From: a virus
Strand: one strand, 5' to 3'
DNA length: 64,000 bases
Virus record (IMG/VR): IMGVR_UViG_3300020048_000014
Coordinates: 96,001 to 160,000 of that record
This document shows, one piece after another, positions 10,178-19,434 of the stretch (position 1 is its first letter; every line of letters begins with the position of its first letter). The notes under the pieces are model-generated. The model was not told the DNA's origin, made no database searches, and worked only from the letters and a program-made list of their open reading frames with translations. The translations under genes were made by a program, and so were the position numbers.

Positions 10178-11398
10178 ATGCCAAATATAAAAATTTCAAA
10201 AATAAAAACAAGGCGCGGGACCAACGAGCAATTAAAAACGACTGCTTTGGATCAAGGTGAGATAGTATCAACAACTGATACTAAACGTTTATATATAGGC
10301 ACTGGTTCCGGGTATGGTGGTTTTGTAGTAGGTAATAAAATACATTCACCCATAGTGAATTATTCATCATTAACTACTTTAATATCGGAAGTTGGTGATA
10401 TCGTAAATGCTAATAATAAATATTATCAGCTAACGTCTGCTGATTATACTAATATAACATCGTGGGGTGATGTATCTACCAAAATAGATCCTATTCTGTT
10501 TAACTATACAGCCACTAATAGCATTACTTTGAATAGTAATTCAATTTCGGCAGCATATATAAAATCTTCCACTGTTTTATCTGGTATTAAGATATCAAAT
10601 GGTGTTCTACAGACCGATATTAACACTAATAGTTTAGAAATATCTTCTAATAAGATTTCTATGAAAGCTGGTGGAATCGGAATTCGAGAAATCAATTCTA
10701 ATTCGTTTGGGCATGGTATAAGCGGGGGTTCTGGTAATACTATATCATTAAATTATGATTTGAGTGGATTAGAAATAATCGGCGGTAAGTTAGCACTACG
10801 GTCTGATGGTGTCGGTGTCAGAGAAATCAATTCTAATTCGTTTGGAGACGGTATAAGCGGGGGTTCTGGTGGCTTAATTGCATTAAGGGTCGAACCTTCT
10901 CAATTTTATTTCGAGTCGTCAGTATTGACATTATCATCGCTTCCAAGTTCTTGGATAGGTGATGGATTAATCTATAACTCTCCGGTTATATCGACTACTT
11001 TGACAAATGTAGATTCTACAATAAGTAAAACCAATACAGGAATAATTGGTTTATGCGCTATATCAATGGCGAGTAGTCATCAGCTTGCAAAGGTGCAGAT
11101 AGATGCTTATGGTAGAACCATAAGCAATGAATCAGCAATATTTGACGTATTGACTGGAAATTCTTCACTAAGTTCCTTCAATAGTAGTAGCTCATTGTCC
11201 ACTATATTCAATGGTCATCCAAATCAATCACTATCTGGTGCTATTCCCGGTCTACAACTAGCTAATTTCACCGCTATATCGGCAAATGGTGCCACTATAA
11301 CGCTATCATCCGCTGGATTTTTATTATTCGATCAACCATCCACAACTAGATCTGGCGCATCTGTTGGGAGATTCGCTATTCCAATTTTTTCTTATTAA
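10178..11398 (+). CDS. Tail fibre protein with Mtd_N-like N-terminal domain
   Basis: KIKTRRGT...LDQGEIVSTTDTKRLYIGTG resembles the major-tropism-determinant N-terminal/fibre anchor motif. Gly/Ser-rich body with an internal repeat. Confidence 0.65.
   Translation: MPNIKISKIKTRRGTNEQLKTTALDQGEIVSTTDTKRLYIGTGSGYGGFVVGNKIHSPIVNYSSLTTLISEVGDIVNANNKYYQLTSADYTNITSWGDVSTKIDPILFNYTATNSITLNSNSISAAYIKSSTVLSGIKISNGVLQTDINTNSLEISSNKISMKAGGIGIREINSNSFGHGISGGSGNTISLNYDLSGLEIIGGKLALRSDGVGVREINSNSFGDGISGGSGGLIALRVEPSQFYFESSVLTLSSLPSSWIGDGLIYNSPVISTTLTNVDSTISKTNTGIIGLCAISMASSHQLAKVQIDAYGRTISNESAIFDVLTGNSSLSSFNSSSSLSTIFNGHPNQSLSGAIPGLQLANFTAISANGATITLSSAGFLLFDQPSTTRSGASVGRFAIPIFSY
10686..10870 (+). repeat. Intragenic direct repeat, 50 bp, 135-bp period
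   Basis: 10686-10735 and 10821-10870 are identical at 47 of 50 positions (REINSNSFGxGISGGSG). Confidence 0.9.
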
Positions 11399-11405
11399 TT
11401 AATAT

Positions 11406-12434
11406 ATGATTATCAATCAAGATACTATTTTAAAACTAGTTTTTCGTCAAGGATCGGAAAATGATCGACGTAAAGTTATCTTTACTTCAGGTGAGCCCGT
11501 TTATACTACAAATTCTAGAAGATTATTCATTGGAAATGGATCATTGAGTGGGGGAGATGTTGTCGGTAATAAGTTTTTGGGGTATGATACAACTCTAGCG
11601 ACCCTAGCGACCAATAAATCACTTGCAGTGGAAGGTGATTTGGGATTTGTTATAGATAGTAATAAATTATATGTATTATCTGGAAATAATGGAAGTGATG
11701 TGAATAGCTGGAAGAATATTGGTGGCATATATACCACAGGAGATTCATATATTGATATATCATCATCGAATGCTATAAAATTGAATACTCTTTCTGCTAA
11801 TACAGTATCATTAGATTTATTACAATCACCATTGACTTTAAATTCTGGAAGAATTGCTTTATTGCCATTATCGGCAAATTATATTTCTTCTGATTTATTA
11901 CAATCACCATTGACTTTAAATTCTGGAAGAATTGCTTTATTGCCATTATCGGCAAATTATATTTCTTCTGATTTATTAACTGGTCCAATTATTTTAACTT
12001 CTGGAAGAATAGGTCTTTCATCTACTATTCCATATCAATCAGTGTCAACTAAGACAGTATTGGTATCAAGTGGTCTAGTATCTACTGCAAATGGAGTTAA
12101 TACTACTGGTATTGCTGTAAATACTCTATCTTCTGATATTGTAATCAAATCGAATCAATTATATGCCAAATATAATGGATTATTAAGCGCAACATCTCCT
12201 GAGTATGGTCAAAACATAACCACTGCATCCAGATTATCATCTGGGCATTATAGATTTACTTTTGGACCACTCCCAACCGCTAATTTAATTCCAAATGTTC
12301 AAATATTTGGGACTGGAGCATTAGGATATGAGGCTAGGACTATTTCAATATCTAATTCATCATGTGATGTTAAGATTTTAAGCAGTAATGGCACAAGCAC
12401 TGATGCCAATATCACTCTTTTAATATCATACTAA
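11406..12434 (+). CDS. Tail fibre protein, paralogue of the upstream gene (Mtd_N-like domain)
   Basis: KLVFRQGS...FTSGEPVYTTNSRRLFIGNG, with 26-aa tandem repeats and a beta-rich C-terminal domain. Confidence 0.65.
   Translation: MIINQDTILKLVFRQGSENDRRKVIFTSGEPVYTTNSRRLFIGNGSLSGGDVVGNKFLGYDTTLATLATNKSLAVEGDLGFVIDSNKLYVLSGNNGSDVNSWKNIGGIYTTGDSYIDISSSNAIKLNTLSANTVSLDLLQSPLTLNSGRIALLPLSANYISSDLLQSPLTLNSGRIALLPLSANYISSDLLTGPIILTSGRIGLSSTIPYQSVSTKTVLVSSGLVSTANGVNTTGIAVNTLSSDIVIKSNQLYAKYNGLLSATSPEYGQNITTASRLSSGHYRFTFGPLPTANLIPNVQIFGTGALGYEARTISISNSSCDVKILSSNGTSTDANITLLISY
11814..11978 (+). repeat. Perfect 78-bp tandem repeat (2 copies plus a diverged third)
   Basis: The unit gatttattacaatcaccattg...tatatttcttct starts at 11814 and 11892. 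A third, diverging copy starts at 11970. It encodes DLLQSPLTLNSGRIALLPLSANYISS. Confidence 0.95.
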
Positions 12435-12437
12435 AAC

Positions 12438-13169
12438 ATGCCATTCCCATCTGACATTTCATTATCATCAACCGCTAAATATTTTGGGATTATAGACCCT
12501 AAAAAGGCTTATAATTTGAATTGGGATGTTGTTTGGAGTTTTACCTATGCTCTCACAGGAACTCAACATGGGTTTTCATCATTTTTAACAACCTCACCGA
12601 CAATTACGGGTGGTTTACCGGGGCAATATTTAGGTTCCGATAATCAAAATATGATTTTATCCATAGGATTTGATTCTACTGGATATTTCGCATTATCTTC
12701 GCCTTTAAGACCGGGTATACCTTTATCGTCAACTATTCCTAATAGTATTATTGTTCGAGATTCTAATGGTAGTGTTATTTTTAATAAATCTTTGTCATCT
12801 TTAGATACATCTTTTATACTTTCCTCTAGTGTAAAAACTTATCAAACATTAAGATTCAGATATTCTAATGCTGGCAGGAAACTCAGCATAGATTTTAAAA
12901 AATCCAATAATAAATATTCAACTTTAACAAGTTTGAATATTACAAGTTTAAATATTACAGATAATTTAACAGTTTATCCCGGATTTTCATTTTGTTCTCC
13001 TATATCTGGTTTAAATATTGAACCTTCCAGTATGTTTATTCAAAATTTTCACACTCAGGGAAATATATTATCACCCACTTATGAGACTTTAGAAATGATA
13101 CCTCTCCCTGGAAATATATTGAATACTTTTACTACAATTTCCGGTATTACTGCTACACCTTTTGTATAA
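12438..13169 (+). CDS. Putative lectin/ConA-like beta-sandwich virion protein
   Basis: WSFTY...GFSSFL...LSIGFDSTG pattern resembles legume-lectin-like domains. Follows the fibre genes. Confidence 0.4.
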   Translation: MPFPSDISLSSTAKYFGIIDPKKAYNLNWDVVWSFTYALTGTQHGFSSFLTTSPTITGGLPGQYLGSDNQNMILSIGFDSTGYFALSSPLRPGIPLSSTIPNSIIVRDSNGSVIFNKSLSSLDTSFILSSSVKTYQTLRFRYSNAGRKLSIDFKKSNNKYSTLTSLNITSLNITDNLTVYPGFSFCSPISGLNIEPSSMFIQNFHTQGNILSPTYETLEMIPLPGNILNTFTTISGITATPFV

Positions 13170-13921
13170 TGAATATATTAGATACTATATTAAGTGAGAC
13201 TATTTGTTCAAATCTAGTGATAGCCGATAACGGAAGTAGATACTGCAAATTTTTAACAAATAATATCGGTAGATTACATCCAACGAGTAAATCTTTTTGT
13301 AATTTAAAATGTAGAAACACTGGTCCCTATAATAATAGGGATATATCTTCAGAAGAAGAAAAAACATTTATAATATCCACTCTGAAAAAATATAATCCAT
13401 TTTTTAACATACAGAAAGAATTTATTGATAGAGTTTTAAAGACGTATAGATTACCTGTTGATATCGTTTCACCAGAAGAGTATTATGATGTTAAAAAATG
13501 TCTAGAGTTTTTAAATCAATATGATGGTTTTAAAAAAATTTTATTAACTGGATCTATTATAACGAAAAACGCAACCACTCCTTTACATGATATTGATATT
13601 GTTTTATGGTTTTCTAATCTAGAAGTTTATATAAATAATAATATTGTATCTAAATTGCCAAAAGAGATAAATGGCATCAAGACTGATTATTTCATCATAA
13701 TAGGCGATAAAGATATATCGTTATCTTCTTTATTTTTTTGTTGCGTATCCCCGGAAGATAAAATATTATATAAATCCAAATGGTTTGAATTAGATTTACG
13801 ATCTATTCCAGACGGGTTTACTATAATTGACGCAGAATGTGAATATTTTGATATAGTCATGAAGGAAATGTTTTTAAACGATAACAAAAAAAATAAAAAA
13901 TGTTGTGGGGGTAAATCATGA
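13169..13921 (+). CDS. Stand-alone Pol-beta-superfamily nucleotidyltransferase with Cys-rich N-terminus
   Basis: ILLTGS...HDIDIVLW...KTDYF gives the hG[GS], DxD and third-Asp catalytic motifs. Confidence 0.7.
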   Translation: MNILDTILSETICSNLVIADNGSRYCKFLTNNIGRLHPTSKSFCNLKCRNTGPYNNRDISSEEEKTFIISTLKKYNPFFNIQKEFIDRVLKTYRLPVDIVSPEEYYDVKKCLEFLNQYDGFKKILLTGSIITKNATTPLHDIDIVLWFSNLEVYINNNIVSKLPKEINGIKTDYFIIIGDKDISLSSLFFCCVSPEDKILYKSKWFELDLRSIPDGFTIIDAECEYFDIVMKEMFLNDNKKNKKCCGGKS

Positions 13922-14610
13922 ACGTTTCTTGTGGAAATAACTTTACAGATTGGAGAAATGGTGTAATAAATGATGAGTGTATATGTACATATTTAGATGA
14001 ATTGAATCCGGGTGAAGATACTGGTTTTCTAGAATCTAGAGCGTTAGAATCTGCCGGAGTCCCATTATTTGGAGAATTTGTATATAATGGAAAAAATTTT
14101 TATGTCAATTCACCACCATTAGAACTTATACCCAGTGGACCGACGGATAACATTGGTAATTTCTATACCATAACTAGGATAGATGATGACACAACTTCTA
14201 CTACTTCTACTACTTCTTCTACTTCTACTACTTCTACTACTTCTACTACACCACCACCTACACCACCACCTACACCACCACCTACTACTACTACTACTAC
14301 TACTACTCCTAATACTACTACTACTCCTTCACCATCGTGTTGTGTGTGTTGCACGACAGCAACACCCATCGTTATAATACCGCCTGTGATTTTTACTCTT
14401 CCGCCAGTAATACCGGGGACTAATATCCCCCTAACTACCACACTACCACCCAATTACACTTCATTAACTTCGGAAGAATTGACAACAACACCGACCACTG
14501 CCACCACAACTGTCAATCCGACGACATTCACATCATCTACGACTACGACCATATTCATTAAACCCACATGCGATTGCAGTGGGAATAATTGCAATTATTT
14601 AGGTTTTTGA
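13918..14610 (+). CDS. Thr/Pro-rich mucin-like protein with Cys clusters
   Basis: TTSTTSTT...TPPP x3...T8 run, plus CCVCC and CDCSGNNC motifs. Confidence 0.75.
   Translation: MNVSCGNNFTDWRNGVINDECICTYLDELNPGEDTGFLESRALESAGVPLFGEFVYNGKNFYVNSPPLELIPSGPTDNIGNFYTITRIDDDTTSTTSTTSSTSTTSTTSTTPPPTPPPTPPPTTTTTTTTPNTTTTPSPSCCVCCTTATPIVIIPPVIFTLPPVIPGTNIPLTTTLPPNYTSLTSEELTTTPTTATTTVNPTTFTSSTTTTIFIKPTCDCSGNNCNYLGF
14191..14337 (+). repeat. Coding microsatellite block (ACTTCTACT units, ACACCACCACCT x3, ACT x8)
   Basis: Read directly from the sequence. 12-bp unit x3 at 14248-14283 and (ACT)8 at 14284-14307. Confidence 0.95.
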
Positions 14611-14621
14611 TAATTATATCA

Positions 14622-15410
14622 ATGAAGAAATTAACCATAGGTATGGCGACTCATGATGATTATGACGGATTATATTTTACTATACAAAATATAAGAATCA
14701 ATCACCGTGAAATTTTAAATGATATTGAATTTGTTATCGTGGATAATAATCCAAATAGTAAGTATGGTATCGCCAATAGAAAACTATTAGAACATATTAA
14801 AGAACCTGTTCAGTATCTACCATTCACAAAACACCAATCGACTACTGTAAAAAATAAAGTATTTGAATTAGCTGATACCCCATATGTGATGTGTATTGAT
14901 AGTCATGTATTCATAGAACCTAACGCTATTAAAAAATTAATAGACTTTTATGACGATAAAAAAGATTTCGGGAATCTTTTACAAGGTCCGTTACTGTATG
15001 ATGACATGACAACAATATCGACACATTTTGATTTAAAATGGTCTAATTATATGTGGGGACAGTGGGGGACTGATGCGAGAGGAATTGATATTAATTCTGA
15101 ACCATTTGAAATTCCCGCTCAAGGTATGGGATTATTTTCATGTCGTAAAGACTCTTGGCTAGGCTTTAATAAAGAATTTAGAGGATTTGGGGGAGAAGAA
15201 GGATATATACACGAAAAATACCGCAAAAATAATAAAAAAACGTTATGTTTACCATTTTTGCGGTGGATTCATCGTTTTGAAAGACCTAATGGTGCTTCTT
15301 ACCCCAATAATCTTAAAGAAAGATATAGAAATTATCATATCGGATTCACCGAGCTTGGTTTAGATACTACAGAGCTAGATGAACACTTTAAAGATGTGAT
15401 AAACCAATGA
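14622..15410 (+). CDS. Glycosyltransferase family 2
   Basis: LTIGMAT...IVDNN...YVMCIDSH (DxH), FRGFGGEEG. ATG at 14622. Confidence 0.85.
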   Translation: MKKLTIGMATHDDYDGLYFTIQNIRINHREILNDIEFVIVDNNPNSKYGIANRKLLEHIKEPVQYLPFTKHQSTTVKNKVFELADTPYVMCIDSHVFIEPNAIKKLIDFYDDKKDFGNLLQGPLLYDDMTTISTHFDLKWSNYMWGQWGTDARGIDINSEPFEIPAQGMGLFSCRKDSWLGFNKEFRGFGGEEGYIHEKYRKNNKKTLCLPFLRWIHRFERPNGASYPNNLKERYRNYHIGFTELGLDTTELDEHFKDVINQ

Positions 15411-15430
15411 TTATTGTCCTTTAGACCACT

Positions 15431-15508
15431 TCAAAGCGTCATATTCACCTTTATACAGGTTAATTTGTAGACGCCCGCTTTTGTCGGGTATTTAGAATGT
15501 CTTACCAT
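15431..15508 (-). pseudogene. Truncated GIY-YIG homing endonuclease remnant
   Basis: The 25-codon ORF MVRHSKYPTKAGVYKLTCIKVNMTL matches the N-terminus of the intact GIY-YIG gene at 23350-24219 (MEEHPKKAGIYKLISKINNKIYIG) but stops before the YIG motif. Confidence 0.6.
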
Positions 15509-15537
15509 CCAAAATATTTATCCATGTGACCTCGAAA

Positions 15538-15774
15538 TTAAATTAAACCCATTTTAATCTCACATTGTACGTCATGAAGCATACTTATGCTTCTTTCTTC
15601 CATGTATTTCTCAATTGCTGCTGGTTTTATCAGCAATTCTAAGTTGTTAATTCCTAATTGTTCTGCTTTTTCTTTAATGAAATCAAAAGCTTCAATTAAA
15701 CAAGCCCATCTTGTAAATTCAGTATCACTCATTGTCTCCACTGACCCATCCCCACGTTCTATTGCCACTGTCAT
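15538..15774 (-). CDS. Hypothetical protein
   Basis: 78-aa ORF in a - strand run. Confidence 0.7.
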   Translation of the reverse strand: MTVAIERGDGSVETMSDTEFTRWACLIEAFDFIKEKAEQLGINNLELLIKPAAIEKYMEERSISMLHDVQCEIKMGLI

Positions 15775-15807
15775 ATATTTTCTATATTATCTATTAGTGT
15801 TTAATGA

Positions 15808-16284
15808 TCAAATATTGGAAATAGACTCGTTTATACTGCGTTGATCTAAAGGTTCGCTAATCAATACCGTATCATAGTTGATATTAACTCGATAATTGTT
15901 TTTACACTTCTCACATTGAACCTCATTAGCTGTATTAGGAGTAAACAGCCCTTTGAAGGTGTTTCCGCCGCAAACACACGGCAATTCGACTAACTGAGTA
16001 TCGAAAATATCCTCATACTCTTTAATAACCTTCAAATGCTCTGTGGTCATTGTCTCATATTCATCAATTACTTCCAATAACCTTTGAGTTTCTTCATCTT
16101 CTTCAATATTTGGATCTTTAGTGATCAAATAAGTAAGAATTCCAGCGGGGATAGCGATTAATATGGGGAATAATTCAATAAATTTAAGCCCGAAGGCTCC
16201 AGAACTTGAGAATAAGGCGATTAATACGCCCCAACCACCAAAAATAATCGCACGTTTCTTCCAATTTGTTGTCATCTGGGTCAT
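15808..16284 (-). CDS. Membrane protein with C-terminal zinc-ribbon
   Basis: Two hydrophobic N-terminal segments, followed by CVCG...CEKC. Confidence 0.7.
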   Translation of the reverse strand: MTQMTTNWKKRAIIFGGWGVLIALFSSSGAFGLKFIELFPILIAIPAGILTYLITKDPNIEEDEETQRLLEVIDEYETMTTEHLKVIKEYEDIFDTQLVELPCVCGGNTFKGLFTPNTANEVQCEKCKNNYRVNINYDTVLISEPLDQRSINESISNI

Positions 16285-16306
16285 TTTAGCAGGATTTTGG
16301 AAGAAG

Positions 16307-16585
16307 TCAATATCTAAATTCTTGATATTGGTACAGAGGAGCCTTTAAATGCTCTAACATATTTTTAAGATCTTCGTAATTATTCAAATTACTCGGATTT
16401 TTAAAATATTCTTCCTTGTGATGTTTATAATACGAGATAGTTCCCTCTAATTTGTGTTCGATGGCGTGACACACTTCTTGAATTTCTGCTTTCATCTTTT
16501 CAAGTTGGGGATTATATCCTGAATCATAGGATGATTTAAAATCTAGGGCTTCATAAATGTTAACTAAGTCTTCTTGAATTTTCAT
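16307..16585 (-). CDS. Hypothetical protein
   Basis: ATG MKIQEDLVNIYE sits immediately after the stop of the upstream gene. Confidence 0.65.
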   Translation of the reverse strand: MKIQEDLVNIYEALDFKSSYDSGYNPQLEKMKAEIQEVCHAIEHKLEGTISYYKHHKEEYFKNPSNLNNYEDLKNMLEHLKAPLYQYQEFRY

Positions 16586-16586
16586 A

Positions 16587-16982
16587 TTAATATAATTCCT
16601 CTTCCATCTGTTCGTCCTCAATATCGTCCATGACATGCTTGGCACCGATAGTATATTTCTCTAAAACATAATCAACATTTTGCATTAGGTATAAAACAAT
16701 CTTCTCAGTGTTCTTCTTAAGCTTAAGAAGTTCCTTCTTATGTTTAACGTCTTTAGTTTTTAAGATGTCTTCGATAGTTTTAGCTGCTTGCATCCCGGCA
16801 TCTACCATTTGACCATAGTAAGTAGGAAGATTTTGCATTTCATAAGGTAAAGCATTTGGACCATTATGGGTTTCACGCTCTTCTTTCTTATAATTCTTCA
16901 TTTGCGTTGAAGGATCACGATCATGATCGATATCAGGTGATGCAAATTTTGTTGAATAGGGAGATTCTCCTTTAGCTGGCAT
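16587..16982 (-). CDS. Hypothetical protein
   Basis: 131-aa ORF with a TAAATA box 5 nt upstream. Confidence 0.7.
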   Translation of the reverse strand: MPAKGESPYSTKFASPDIDHDRDPSTQMKNYKKEERETHNGPNALPYEMQNLPTYYGQMVDAGMQAAKTIEDILKTKDVKHKKELLKLKKNTEKIVLYLMQNVDYVLEKYTIGAKHVMDDIEDEQMEEELY

Positions 16983-16987
16983 AGAAT

Positions 16988-17010
16988 TATTTAATACATT
17001 TGACTAAATA
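16988..17010. promoter_or_regulatory. Back-to-back divergent TAAATA boxes (putative late promoters)
   Basis: tattta at 16988-16993 is 5 nt from ATG 16982. TAAATA at 17005-17010 is 6 nt from ATG 17017. Confidence 0.7.
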
Positions 17011-17016
17011 TACTAT

Positions 17017-17460
17017 ATGAGCAAATTCGCTAGAAATTTCATGACCGTCCTCAGAGAAGCCGATTCATCTGACCTAGAGCGTAAAGCTATGGAAGCATCT
17101 TTAGACGATGGGACCAATCCAGAAGACTTTGATGTTGATGTGACTCCCAACACAAATGCTGTAGTCGATCAACAATCGAAACAAATAGCAGATGCTTTGT
17201 CACAAAAAAATCAGAATATGATTAATGAAATTCAAAGCTGGATTGATACCACTCAAGAATTTTTAGCTTTTCTTAATAGTGAAGACCCAAATTCCATTCA
17301 ATCACGCCTTGCTGCTGCTGAACCTGATACCGTTATGGACAAAATGAAGCAATCCCAACAGACAAAGATCAGTCGGGTTGCTTCAGATTTAGCCTCTCTC
17401 CATCAAAACTTCTTAGGTTTCATGGCCCAGACATCAAACTCAAGATTTAAATATATTTAA
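17017..17460 (+). CDS. Acidic hypothetical protein, candidate head-internal protein
   Basis: MSKFARNFMTVLREAD N-terminus and a late box upstream. Confidence 0.6.
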   Translation: MSKFARNFMTVLREADSSDLERKAMEASLDDGTNPEDFDVDVTPNTNAVVDQQSKQIADALSQKNQNMINEIQSWIDTTQEFLAFLNSEDPNSIQSRLAAAEPDTVMDKMKQSQQTKISRVASDLASLHQNFLGFMAQTSNSRFKYI

Positions 17461-17473
17461 TTTTTGTTAATGA

Positions 17474-18559
17474 TCAACGAGTTATAGAAAATAACATTTT
17501 AAACTTCAAAACAGCACCTTTACCACAGGTGCTGTTTTTCTTTAGCCATTCTGGAGATATCTGATCTAATCCCTTATCCCCACATAATTCATTTAAATCT
17601 TTATATTTCTTACCCCACTTCTCAGGCCAAATGAAAACACATTCCCCGGATTGTAATAATGATAAAGTCTTCTCTCTAGATGTCTGATCTATCCATTGCG
17701 AGTCTAAAACCCATATCTTATCGAACAATTTTAGAGATTCCATTTGATCTTTCTGGGTCTTTGTCAAGGTAAATTCTTTAGCTTTATTGATCCCTGCTAC
17801 TCCTAGACCATTCTGAACAAAAAATGAATCTATTGGCCCTTCAAATAGAAATACAGAATCCAAATTCGGATTAATTTTATCAATACCGTATAGAGTCTTA
17901 TCGGCATTCAGCTTCGATAGATACACCGGGCGATCATCAGACTCAAATAGTCTGCGGGTCTGGAAGAACGCTATATCGCCTTCCTCGTCCTTGAAAGGTA
18001 TCACTAGACGGTCATCCTGAAACTTGTCTTTAAGGCTGATATAGAGGGCGTCGGGGCGGTTTATAGCAGTGTCTAGTCGCCTCTCCTTAAGATAATTCAA
18101 GGCATACTGAACTTTCCAGTTATCCTTGTAATAATTGACCTGATTTTGATCAAAAAGATTGATTGAATCAATTGGAAGAGTATCGACAATAAGCTTGGGT
18201 TCTTCTTCTTCGAAGAAAGAATCGATATATCCAAAATCACCTTCTTCTAAATCATTACACAACTCTTTATGTGTAATTCCTGATACTTCTCTTATCCAAT
18301 TATAAGTAGATAGATTAGAACCACAGTTGTAGCATGATATATTACCATCTACCGGACTATACCAACATCTTTTTTTTCTTCCCCAAGATGCGCCCTCCCT
18401 ACATATAGGGCAACATGAGTTATATTTGCCAGAAGCTTTGTTATGGGTGACTTTATACCCTAACTCATAAAACTTAGATGTTACGTAATCAGATGGGAGA
18501 TTAAAATCAAAGCTTTCCTTCTTTTTGGAATTTAGAAGTGGTAATTTTTTTAATCTCAT
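17474..18559 (-). CDS. gp61: DNA primase (T4 gp61-like)
   Basis: Zn finger CPIC...CYNC and TOPRIM motif FEGPIDS...LDSQ. Confidence 0.92.
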   Translation of the reverse strand: MRLKKLPLLNSKKKESFDFNLPSDYVTSKFYELGYKVTHNKASGKYNSCCPICREGASWGRKKRCWYSPVDGNISCYNCGSNLSTYNWIREVSGITHKELCNDLEEGDFGYIDSFFEEEEPKLIVDTLPIDSINLFDQNQVNYYKDNWKVQYALNYLKERRLDTAINRPDALYISLKDKFQDDRLVIPFKDEEGDIAFFQTRRLFESDDRPVYLSKLNADKTLYGIDKINPNLDSVFLFEGPIDSFFVQNGLGVAGINKAKEFTLTKTQKDQMESLKLFDKIWVLDSQWIDQTSREKTLSLLQSGECVFIWPEKWGKKYKDLNELCGDKGLDQISPEWLKKNSTCGKGAVLKFKMLFSITR

Positions 18560-18788
18560 CTTTTTCTTGTTTAGTTGGTTGAACGGTTGCTAACTCAAGT
18601 ATAGCTGTTCTCACCCCAAAGTCAAAATCCTTTTTAGGAATCCATCGCGTTTCCATTTTGCCATCAAAAACATCACAAAAAGCGTATAAATTACCATGTT
18701 TTTTAACAAAAATCAAGGTATGACCTTTATAAACACCATCAATGACGCCATATGTTTCGCCAAAGTTTATATCTTTTTTCCAAAACAT
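18507..18788 (-). CDS. Hypothetical protein
   Basis: 93-aa ORF in the replication operon. Confidence 0.65.
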   Translation of the reverse strand: MFWKKDINFGETYGVIDGVYKGHTLIFVKKHGNLYAFCDVFDGKMETRWIPKKDFDFGVRTAILELATVQPTKQEKDEIKKITTSKFQKEGKL

Positions 18789-18790
18789 AA

Positions 18791-19090
18791 TTATTCCATT
18801 CTACTCGACATAAATTTACTTATTTGCTCTAAAAAAAGATTATCAAGTGCAGATTTCTCTATTTTTTCTTTATAAATAGTCATATTAATAGGATCTCCAT
18901 TCAAATCGTATCCTATAATTTTATAACAAGTCAAAAACTCACCCAATACTGAAATCATTGCTTGATTTATTTGAATTTTATTCGGTTTTTTTCTTTTTTC
19001 TTTAATTTTAATAGTTAAAGCTTCTTTAAGGATATTGGTGACTTCTTCATCGCTGAATTCTTCTGGAATTTCTTCATCTTCATCCTTCAT
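18791..19090 (-). CDS. Hypothetical protein
   Basis: ATG MKDEDEE at 19090, in the operon. Confidence 0.65.
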   Translation of the reverse strand: MKDEDEEIPEEFSDEEVTNILKEALTIKIKEKRKKPNKIQINQAMISVLGEFLTCYKIIGYDLNGDPINMTIYKEKIEKSALDNLFLEQISKFMSSRME

Positions 19091-19098
19091 ACAAATAT

Positions 19099-19434
19099 TT
19101 AACTTTTTTTCTCGAAAGAACAACCCTCTTGTTTCTGAGGTATTCCTTTCTCAATCAAAGTAGTCACAATAACTTCCATAGATTTGGTTTTAAGATTGAA
19201 GTTTTTAATAAACTTATTTCCACCATCATTAAATTCGAAAATTACTTCTCCTCTGAAGTCCTTGTTTTCATAACAAGTAATGATTAACGATGCCCCACCC
19301 GGATCGACCATGATAGACCATCTACGAGGATCAATAATGCCGTAATCTTTGAATAGACGTATAGTTACGAATCCTGAATCTCTCAGTCTTTTGATAAAAT
19401 AACTTCCAGTAGTGATTTTATTTTTATGTATCAT
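19099..19434 (-). CDS. Hypothetical protein
   Basis: 111-aa ORF with ATGA overlap to the clamp gene. Confidence 0.7.
   Translation of the reverse strand: MIHKNKITTGSYFIKRLRDSGFVTIRLFKDYGIIDPRRWSIMVDPGGASLIITCYENKDFRGEVIFEFNDGGNKFIKNFNLKTKSMEVIVTTLIEKGIPQKQEGCSFEKKS

Noticed and set aside
10178-12434. Diversity-generating retroelement suggested by Mtd_N-like domains and near-identical repeats
   Set aside because: No reverse transcriptase in the window. The repeats are in-frame within the ORFs, and the mismatches are not adenine-specific.
14163-14453. Poly-Val / poly-Leu-His ORFs in other frames
   Set aside because: These are by-products of the stop-free microsatellite in the mucin-like gene.
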